A DNA stretch of 64,000 nt from contig SLNO01000016.1 of the NCBI GenBank assembly GCA_007132975.1, forward strand, positions 1,600 to 65,599. Direction: 5' to 3'. A model generated the notes under the pieces. It made no database searches, was not told where the DNA came from, and was given only the letters and a program-made list of their open reading frames with translations. The translations under genes were made by a program, and so were the position numbers. This document shows, in pieces, positions 56,971-64,000 of the stretch. The DNA comes from Balneolales bacterium (GTDB lineage Bacteria; Bacteroidota; Rhodothermia; Balneolales; Natronogracilivirgulaceae). Position 1 is the stretch's first letter; each line of letters begins with the position of its first letter.

Positions 56971-58644
56971 TTATGCATCGGTTACACACCCTGTGGATGC
57001 CGACGAAACACTCCGCAGATATTTGTACAATGTGCCCCTCGTTGCCTTGAATGGCGGCGCCTTCCACTCTTTACGCCTGCGGTCGATCTCCGCACCGTCC
57101 AGGTCCACATCCAGCCGGTTGGATTCGGCGTCGATGGTCACCTGGTCGCCGTCGCGGACCAGTGCGATAACCCCGCCGACCTGCGCCTCGGGCGTGATGT
57201 GCCCGACCACGAAGCCGTGTGTTCCGCCCGAAAAACGGCCGTCGGTGATCAGAGCCACCTCCTTGCCGAGCCCTGCGCCCATGATGGCCGATGTGACAGA
57301 GAGCATCTCCCGCATCCCGGGTCCGCCTTTGGGACCCTCGTAGCGGATGATCACAACATCGCCGGCCTTCACCCGGCCTTCGTTGATGCCCGTCAGGCAA
57401 TCCTCTTCTGAGTCGAAAACCCGCGCGGTGCCTTCAAAGCGCAGGCCTTCCTTGCCGGTGATCTTGGCCACAGATCCCTCCTCCGCCAGGTTGCCATATA
57501 ATATGGAGAGATGTCCCGTCTTTTTGACGGGGTTGGACAGCGGAGCGATGATGTCCTGGCCTTCTTTAAGCCCGGGCAGCTCCTCCAGGTTCTCCTCAAG
57601 CGTTTTTCCGGTGACCGTGAGGCAATCGCCGTGCAGGAAGCCTTCGCGCAGGAGCATCTTCTGGACCGCAGGCACGCCGCCGACGTCGTAGAGGTCTTCC
57701 ATCACGTACTTGCCGCTGGGCTTGAGATCGGCAAGAAATGGCGTCTTTGCGGAAATGCGCTGGAAGTCGTCGATGTTCAGGTCCACGCCGGCCGCATGCG
57801 CCATGGCGAGCAAATGCAGCACGGCATTGGTGGATCCGCCCAGGGCTATCACCACGGTTATCGCATTTTCAAAGGATTTTCGGGTGAGGATCTTATCCGG
57901 GGTGATGTCCTGCTCCAGCAGCAGCTTCATGGCCGCACCGGCCCGCAGGCACTCCTCGCGCTTGTCGTCCGAGGTGGCCGGGATCGAAGAGCTGTAAGGC
58001 AGGCTGAGACCGAGCGTCTCAATGGCCGAGGCCATGGTGTTGGCCGTGTACATGCCACCGCACGCGCCGGCGCCTGGACAGGCATTCTTCAGGACGTTGT
58101 CCAGACCCTCATCGTCGATCTGCTTGGTCACATACTGTCCCCACGCCTCAAAGGCCGAAACCACATCCAATTTCCGGTTGGACAGACTACCGGGACGGAT
58201 GGTGCCGCCGTAGACCATGATGGACGGACGGTTGAGCCGGGCCATGGCCATGACCGATCCGGGCATGTTCTTGTCGCACCCCGGCAGGGCGATCACCCCG
58301 TCGTACCATTGCGCGGCCACCACTGTTTCAATTGAGTCGGCTATGATGTCGCGCGACTGCAGCGAATATTTCATTCCGGTCGTGCCCATGGAGATGCCAT
58401 CGCTCACGCCAATCGTGTGAAATACATAACCGATCATGGACTCTTCCTTCACCCCGTCCCGGACCAATGCCGCCAGGTCGTTCAGGTGCATGTTGCACGG
58501 GTTGCCGTCCCACCCCATGCTGGCAATCCCGATCTGGGGCTTGTCGAAGTCTTCCTGTTTGAGTCCCGTGGCGTAGAGCATGGCCTGCGAGCCGACCTGC
58601 GAGCGAACCTGCGTAAGGCGGCTGCTGTATTTGTTCAATGGCAT
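56971..58644 (-). CDS. ilvD: dihydroxy-acid dehydratase
   Basis: Canonical IlvD motifs: [28 protein letters not shown] placed the start at [12 protein letters not shown]; the track ORF extends to 58731. Confidence 0.95.
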   Translation of the reverse strand: MPLNKYSSRLTQVRSQVGSQAMLYATGLKQEDFDKPQIGIASMGWDGNPCNMHLNDLAALVRDGVKEESMIGYVFHTIGVSDGISMGTTGMKYSLQSRDIIADSIETVVAAQWYDGVIALPGCDKNMPGSVMAMARLNRPSIMVYGGTIRPGSLSNRKLDVVSAFEAWGQYVTKQIDDEGLDNVLKNACPGAGACGGMYTANTMASAIETLGLSLPYSSSIPATSDDKREECLRAGAAMKLLLEQDITPDKILTRKSFENAITVVIALGGSTNAVLHLLAMAHAAGVDLNIDDFQRISAKTPFLADLKPSGKYVMEDLYDVGGVPAVQKMLLREGFLHGDCLTVTGKTLEENLEELPGLKEGQDIIAPLSNPVKKTGHLSILYGNLAEEGSVAKITGKEGLRFEGTARVFDSEEDCLTGINEGRVKAGDVVIIRYEGPKGGPGMREMLSVTSAIMGAGLGKEVALITDGRFSGGTHGFVVGHITPEAQVGGVIALVRDGDQVTIDAESNRLDVDLDGAEIDRRRKEWKAPPFKATRGTLYKYLRSVSSASTGCVTDA

Positions 58645-59035
58645 AATGATTGTTTTTTTGTACAGTTCCTGATCCAGCGGCCGATTGTTCTGATTTGGTA
58701 TGTAATGTTGTCCACGGCCGCACCTTGCCATGCTACCACATTCAGGGCTTTTTCACAACTCAAATTTGACTATCGGCAGACGAATTTTTGATGAATTTCT
58801 GCACGGGCTCCAATCTGCAACCTGTCTGATTTCAGAACAAACATGTACAGTCGCAAAACGGTTTTTATGAAATTTCAGCAGATTTTATACAAAAAGCGCT
58901 TCCAAAGATATGGTTATTAATACCATTCTAGTGCCATTACCTTTTATTTTTAGGCCTTTTGTAGTTTTTGACATTTTATTTTATCCACAAAATCCCCCGG
59001 TTTTCACTTTTTTTATTTTTTGGAGGTTTTAACTG

Positions 59036-59063
59036 TTGACATCCAGAATAAAATCATTAGCTT
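59036..59063 (+). promoter_or_regulatory. possible sigma-70-type promoter for the ilv leader/operon
   Basis: TTGACA (59036-59041), 16 nt, then TAGCTT (59058-59063), preceded by a ~150-nt T-rich tract. Pattern match only. Confidence 0.3.
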
Positions 59064-59101
59064 TACAAGCAGATGCATAACGCAAGTAACGAGTACACAC
59101 C

Positions 59102-59287
59102 GTGATAAATCGTAGTCAAACAGTTGCAAAGGCACTTCCCCTTCCAGGGTTTGATACCCGGGTTGCAACAATTGTAACGGCCATCACATCGGAAGTTTCT
59201 TCCGGCCTCCTTTCCTCCGTACTCCGCACATCTCTTGTCAGCGGCATCATTATTCTAATTATCGACCTACTAATTGGCAACCTATAA
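59102..59287 (+). CDS. candidate branched-chain amino acid leader ORF (Ile/Leu/Val-rich tail)
   Basis: 61 codons from a GTG with no in-frame ATG, ending ...SLVSGIIILIIDLLIGNL*. The stop codon lies inside the hairpin TGGCAA/TTGCCA, and an 11-bp inverted repeat follows. Confidence 0.35.
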   Translation: MINRSQTVAKALPLPGFDTRVATIVTAITSEVSSGLLSSVLRTSLVSGIIILIIDLLIGNL

Positions 59288-59511
59288 AAATTGCCAGAGG
59301 TCATCCTGCATCCCGTCTTTTTAGAATAAATCGCTGAATCCGGAATTAAGGTAATGACCTCTGGGAAACCGGACTGTACACCATACACCAGAAACGACAT
59401 TACCCATGAAAAATCCACACGAAAACGAACACGCATATCGCCTGGGAGCATGCTGTCGCTATTCTTGTGGATATTCCATCTGAACCTGTCCCAAAATCAC
59501 GGAATCAACAG

Positions 59512-61326
59512 ATGACACACTCAGAATCAACCTCCGCAGCAACCAGCAAAACGATCACCTCCCCTCCCGCCACCAACGGTACGGCAAAAAAAGTCTCAGA
59601 AAATACCGTTGTCACGGTAAAGAAGGAGCTTAACGGCGGCGAGATCCTTATTCAAAGCCTTCTGGATCAGGGTGTCGACACTATTTTCGGCTATCCCGGC
59701 GGTGTGGTCCTGGGCGTCTACGACACGCTTTTCAAGACCCCGAAGCTGCGCCACATCCTGGTGCGCCACGAGCAGGGCGGCACGCACATGGCCGACGGCT
59801 ACGCCCGCGCCACGGGCAAGCCCGGGGTTATCCTGGCTACTTCGGGTCCAGGCGCCACCAATACCGTCACCGGCATCACCACGGCCATGATGGACTCGAT
59901 CCCCATGGTGGTACTTACCGGACAGGTCCCATCCACCCTCATCGGCAACGACGCGTTCCAGGAAGCCGACATCATCGGCATGACGCGACCCGTTACAAAG
60001 CACAGTTTTCTTGTCAAGAAGGTGGAGGATCTGGCAGATGCCATCCGCGATGCCTTTTACATCGCCCAGTCAGGCCGTCCCGGTCCGGTTCTGATCGACC
60101 TGCCCAAAGACATGCTCTTTTCCAAGGCCGACTACGCTCCTCGCGCCCCTCAGGTTTCCATGCGCGGGTACAAGCCTCAGACCAAGGGCGACCCCGAGCA
60201 GATCCGCAAGGCCGCTGAACTGATCAACGTCGCCAGCAAACCCCTGCTCTATGTCGGCGGAGGCACGGTGATGGGTGATGCCTGCAAAGAGATCACGGAA
60301 CTGGCCCGCAAGTGCCGCATCCCGGTCACCACCACCCTCATGGGTCTTGGCGCTTTCCCTGAGAGCGACCCGCTTTCGGTCGGCATGCTCGGCATGCACG
60401 GCACATGGTACGCCAACATGGCCATCCAGAAATGCGATGTCCTGATTGCCGTCGGCGCCCGCTTCGATGACCGCGTGACCGGCCGTGTAGACGGTTTTTC
60501 GCCGCATTCGCGCAAGATCCACATCGACATCGACCCCTCCTGCATCAACAAGAACGTCACCGTGGAAGTACCGCTGGTCGGACATGTTAAGGAGATCCTC
60601 ACCGAGCTCAGCAAGCAGGTTGGTCCGGTGGATACGGCCGACTGGCTCGGCACCATCGATCAGTGGCGCCGCGAGCATCCGCTGCGCTATGAGCCGCGTG
60701 GCAACGAGATCGCCCCGCAGTTCATGATCCAGGAGATCTCCCGCGTCACCAAGGGCGAGGCAATCATCTCCACCGACGTTGGCCAGCATCAGATGTGGGC
60801 GGCCCAGTATTACCAGTACAACCATCCGAAATCGTGGCTCTCCTCCGGCGGACTCGGAACCATGGGCTTCGGCTTCCCGGCCGCCGTGGGCGCCGCTGTG
60901 GCCCGTCCCGACCGCGACGTCTGGTGCATTTCCGGCGACGGCGGTTTCCAGATGACCGCCATGGAGCTTACCACCGCCGTTGCTTACAATATCCCGGTCA
61001 AGATCGCCATCATGAACAACGGCTATCTCGGCATGGTGCGCCAGTGGCAGGAGATGTTCTACGGCGGACGCTACTCCCACTCGTTCCTTGAGGAAAGCAA
61101 CCCCGATTTCGTGAAAATGGCCGAGGCTTACGGCGCCGTAGGGCTCCGTGCCGAAACCGTGGACGAGCTCCGCGACGTACTCGAGCAGGCACACGCCATC
61201 AAGGACCGTCCGGTTGTCATGGACATCCGCGTGAGCAAGGAAGAGTGCGTCTATCCGATGATCCCCCCCGGCGCGGCCGTCGACGAGCAGATTGACTCGC
61301 CCATCCCGGTGAAACCCTCAAAATAA
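59512..61326 (+). CDS. ilvB: acetolactate synthase large subunit
   Basis: [11 protein letters not shown], the ThDP motif [16 protein letters not shown] and [10 protein letters not shown] placed the start at the ATG for MTHSES; the track ORF starts at a GTG at 59467. Confidence 0.95.
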   Translation: MTHSESTSAATSKTITSPPATNGTAKKVSENTVVTVKKELNGGEILIQSLLDQGVDTIFGYPGGVVLGVYDTLFKTPKLRHILVRHEQGGTHMADGYARATGKPGVILATSGPGATNTVTGITTAMMDSIPMVVLTGQVPSTLIGNDAFQEADIIGMTRPVTKHSFLVKKVEDLADAIRDAFYIAQSGRPGPVLIDLPKDMLFSKADYAPRAPQVSMRGYKPQTKGDPEQIRKAAELINVASKPLLYVGGGTVMGDACKEITELARKCRIPVTTTLMGLGAFPESDPLSVGMLGMHGTWYANMAIQKCDVLIAVGARFDDRVTGRVDGFSPHSRKIHIDIDPSCINKNVTVEVPLVGHVKEILTELSKQVGPVDTADWLGTIDQWRREHPLRYEPRGNEIAPQFMIQEISRVTKGEAIISTDVGQHQMWAAQYYQYNHPKSWLSSGGLGTMGFGFPAAVGAAVARPDRDVWCISGDGGFQMTAMELTTAVAYNIPVKIAIMNNGYLGMVRQWQEMFYGGRYSHSFLEESNPDFVKMAEAYGAVGLRAETVDELRDVLEQAHAIKDRPVVMDIRVSKEECVYPMIPPGAAVDEQIDSPIPVKPSK

Positions 61327-61419
61327 CCGAACGGCTTCACAAGGAAGGCAGGCGATAACGCGCCCCTGTCCCCATCCACCAGAAACCAAATCAGTAATAA
61401 CACACCACAGCACCAAACG

Positions 61420-61932
61420 ATGTCAGCAGCAGCCAAAAAGGAACGCAAGCACACCATTTCGATGAAGGTCAACCACAACTTCAACGCCCTGGCCCGCATC
61501 GCCGGCCTGTTTACCGGGCGCGGGTTCAATATTGACAGCATCAGCATCGGTGAAGCGGAGGAACCGACCATGGCCAGCTGCACCATCACCACCCACGGCG
61601 ACGAACGCATCATCGATCAGATCATCCTTCAGCTGGACAAGCTGGTGGATGTGGTCAGCGTCGAGGACCTGACGTTCCGCCCCCATGTGGAGCGCGAGTT
61701 GGCCCTGATCAAGGTCGAATCCACCAAGGAGAAGCAGACCGAGATCATCCAGGTGGCCAACGTGTTCCGCGCCAAGGTGATCGACATCAGCACCGAAAGC
61801 CTGACCATCGAGATCACCGGCCGCAAGGACAAGGTGGATGCGGCCATAAGCATGTTCGAGCCGTTCGGGATCCGCCAGGTGGCGCGCACCGGTTCGGTGG
61901 CCATGAAACGTGAATACCAGCCCCGGGACTGA
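61420..61932 (+). CDS. ilvN: acetolactate synthase small (regulatory) subunit
   Basis: ACT-domain pattern HTISMKVNHNFNALARIAGLFTGRGFNIDSISIG and downstream ELALIKV. Confidence 0.92.
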   Translation: MSAAAKKERKHTISMKVNHNFNALARIAGLFTGRGFNIDSISIGEAEEPTMASCTITTHGDERIIDQIILQLDKLVDVVSVEDLTFRPHVERELALIKVESTKEKQTEIIQVANVFRAKVIDISTESLTIEITGRKDKVDAAISMFEPFGIRQVARTGSVAMKREYQPRD

Positions 61933-61996
61933 CCCTGGCCAACAATTTTATCCAATACCAAACACACAACCCTAACTACTACACTCTAAAAACCTG

Positions 61997-62989
61997 ATGA
62001 AATTATTTTATGACAACGATGCCGATCTCAACGTCCTGAAGGACAAAACCGTGGCCGTGCTTGGCTACGGAAGCCAGGGACACGCCCACGCGCTCAATCT
62101 CCACGAAAGCGGGGTGTCGGTCATCGTCGGTCTGCGCAGCGACAGCAGTACGCGTGACAAGGTGAAAAAAGACGGCCTGAACGTGTACGATACCGCCGAT
62201 GCGGTGAGCAAAGCCGATATCGTGATGGTGCTCCTGCCCGATGAGAAGCAGAAAGATGTCTACGAGAAGGACATCCTCCCGAACCTGCAGCCGGGCAACA
62301 TCCTGGCTTTCGCGCACGGGTTCAACATCCATTTCAACCAGATCGCACCGCCCAGGGAAATCGGCGTGTTCATGGTGGCCCCGAAAGGACCCGGACACCT
62401 GGTGCGGCGCGTCTATACACAGGGAGCCGGCGTACCGTGCCTGTTCGCCATCCACCAGGACCCAGACGGGAATCTGCGGGATGTGGCCCTGGCCTATGCC
62501 AAGGGTGTGGGCGGGACACGCGCCGGTGTGATCGAAACGACATTTGAAGAAGAGACCGAGTCTGACCTGTTCGGCGAGCAGGCCGTTTTGTGCGGCGGCG
62601 CGACCGAACTGGTGAACACCGGTTTCGAAGTGCTGGTCAACGCCGGCTACAAACCCGAGATCGCCTATTTCGAGTGCCTCCACGAGCTCAAGCTTATCGT
62701 GGACCTGATGTACGAGGGCGGCATCGCGGGTATGTACCACTCGGTGAGCGACACGGCGGAGTACGGCGGGATGACATCGGGGCCCAAAGTCATCAATGCC
62801 GACACCCGCAAGCGCATGGAAGAGATTCTGGAAAACATTCAAAACGGCAGTTTTGCCCGCGAATGGATTCTGGAGAACAAGGCAGGACGGGCTTCGCATG
62901 AGGCCTTGAGACGGAAACACAGCCGTCTCCCCATTGAAAAGATCGGTGGTGAACTGCGCAATATGATGAGCTGGATAAAAAAGGACTGA
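61997..62989 (+). CDS. ilvC: ketol-acid reductoisomerase (class I)
   Basis: [40 protein letters not shown]. Confidence 0.96.
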   Translation: MKLFYDNDADLNVLKDKTVAVLGYGSQGHAHALNLHESGVSVIVGLRSDSSTRDKVKKDGLNVYDTADAVSKADIVMVLLPDEKQKDVYEKDILPNLQPGNILAFAHGFNIHFNQIAPPREIGVFMVAPKGPGHLVRRVYTQGAGVPCLFAIHQDPDGNLRDVALAYAKGVGGTRAGVIETTFEEETESDLFGEQAVLCGGATELVNTGFEVLVNAGYKPEIAYFECLHELKLIVDLMYEGGIAGMYHSVSDTAEYGGMTSGPKVINADTRKRMEEILENIQNGSFAREWILENKAGRASHEALRRKHSRLPIEKIGGELRNMMSWIKKD

Positions 62990-62996
62990 CAGATCC

Positions 62997-64000
62997 ATGG
63001 AACAACGATCGATAGACCTGTTTGACACCACGTTGCGGGACGGAACCCAGGGCGAAGGCATCTCGCTGTCGTCGGAAGACAAAATGCGGATTGCCAAGCG
63101 ACTGGACCAGACCGGCATCGACTATATCGAGGGCGGATGGCCCGGATCCAATCCGAAGGACATGGCGTTCTTCGAGCGGGCACGGTCTCACCGCTTCGAA
63201 CATGCCCGTCTGGTGGCGTTTGGCAGTACCATGAGGTACGGCAACACGCCCGAAACCGACCCAAACATCCAGGCGCTGGTCGAGGCCGGGACCCCCGCGG
63301 TCTCCATCTTCGGCAAGACCTGGCTGTTCCACGTGCACCAGGCACTTGGTATTACCGATCGCGACAACCTGGATCTGATCCGGCAGTCAGTTGCCTACAT
63401 GGCAGCGCATGACAAGGAGGTGATCTACGATGCCGAGCACTTCTTTGACGGATACAAGGACAATCCGGAATATGCGCTGCGGACCCTGGAGAATGCCGCG
63501 CAGGCCGGTGCTTCGGCACTGGTCCTGTGCGACACCAACGGGGGCACGCTTCCCCAGGAAGTTGCGGTGATAGTCCGCGAGGTGGTCTCGCGCTTTCCCG
63601 GGAAAGTGATCGGCATCCACGCGCACAACGACGGCGAACTTGCCGTAGCCAACACGCTGGTGGCGGTCGAAAACGGTTGCCGTCACGTACAGGGCACCGT
63701 CAACGGGTATGGCGAACGCTGCGGCAACGTCAACCTCTGCTCGGTCATCCCCAACCTGCAGCTGAAAATGGGTTACGACTGCATCGCTCCCGAACAGATG
63801 GAGAAGCTTGCCGCGCTCTCCAATTATGTCAGCGAAGTGGCCAATGTCATGCCTTTCGACCACCAGCCGTTCGTCGGCAAGAGCGCTTTTGCGCACAAGG
63901 GCGGCATCCACGTAAGCGCGGTCATGAAGGACCCGTCCACATATGAGCATATCAGCCCGGAAACAGTCGGCAACTATCGCCGCGTGCTGGTCTCCGACCT
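62997..64000 (+). CDS. citramalate / 2-isopropylmalate synthase family protein, 5' part (runs off the window)
   Basis: My own translation gives MEQRSIDLFDTTLRDGTQGEGISLSSEDKMRIAKRLDQTGIDYIEGGWPGSNPKD... The GGWPGSNPKD context resembles CimA-type enzymes. The frame is open to the window end. Confidence 0.85.
   Translation, partial: MEQRSIDLFDTTLRDGTQGEGISLSSEDKMRIAKRLDQTGIDYIEGGWPGSNPKDMAFFERARSHRFEHARLVAFGSTMRYGNTPETDPNIQALVEAGTPAVSIFGKTWLFHVHQALGITDRDNLDLIRQSVAYMAAHDKEVIYDAEHFFDGYKDNPEYALRTLENAAQAGASALVLCDTNGGTLPQEVAVIVREVVSRFPGKVIGIHAHNDGELAVANTLVAVENGCRHVQGTVNGYGERCGNVNLCSVIPNLQLKMGYDCIAPEQMEKLAALSNYVSEVANVMPFDHQPFVGKSAFAHKGGIHVSAVMKDPSTYEHISPETVGNYRRVLVSD

Noticed and set aside
58910-59032. 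40-codon ORF MVINTILVPLPFIFRPFVVFDILFYPQNPPVFTFFIFWRF in the ilvD/ilvB spacer, considered as an alternative ilv leader.
   Set aside because: Its hydrophobicity is a by-product of an extremely T-rich tract with many Phe codons. It also lies upstream of the only promoter-like motif, and no hairpin follows it.

Overview
This 64-kb window looks like core chromosome from a moderately GC-rich FCB-group bacterium. The hints are A/C-rich leaders without Shine-Dalgarno sequences, a T9SS-type sorting domain, a CxxxY-variant CcmE, and many secreted peptidases. A Balneolota/Rhodothermota-like origin is only my guess and cannot be verified here. I can support about 58 protein genes, one tRNA-Asn, several intrinsic terminators, CIRCE operators and a dispersed ~100-nt repeat family. 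I saw no rRNA, CRISPR array, transposase, integrase or phage genes.

Gene blocks in order:
- Thiol-disulfide oxidoreductase and a fetAB-like ABC exporter.
- An ATP-cone/nuclease-fold fusion and an HhH-GPD glycosylase.
- A TolB-propeller/amidohydrolase and an MFS transporter.
- groES-groEL with CIRCE, then rsmA, alanine dehydrogenase and an M28 peptidase.
- HiPIP, an RCK potassium channel, an iodotyrosine-deiodinase-like flavoenzyme, an Smr protein and an AP2-like protein.
- Two gamma-glutamyltransferases, two S9 peptidases, msrA and an LTD/SdiA-regulated-domain protein.
- A complete 12-kb sulfur-assimilation locus. One arm is cysI-cobA-cysH-sirC. It converges on SLC13-cysD-cysNC-rhodanese-yeeE/yedE.
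- A PqaA-type protein, a glycerol-1-phosphate dehydrogenase homologue plus a HAD phosphatase, tRNA-Asn and truA.
- A variant System I ccmCDEF cluster.
- ilvD divergent from ilvB-ilvN-ilvC-cimA/leuA.

Most interesting observations:
1. Both sulfur operons are preceded by short Cys/Met-rich ORFs (28 and 29 codons, not in the ORF track). Each is followed by a nearly identical GC hairpin plus T9 terminator. This is the layout of ribosome-mediated attenuation, but keyed on Cys/Met codons.
2. A ~100-nt repeat element occurs at least four times, always in the same orientation and abutting the 5' end of minus-strand genes. One pair is in tandem.
3. An Ile/Leu-rich ORF lies in the long ilvD/ilvB spacer.

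All functional calls are motif recognition by eye. No database search was run.
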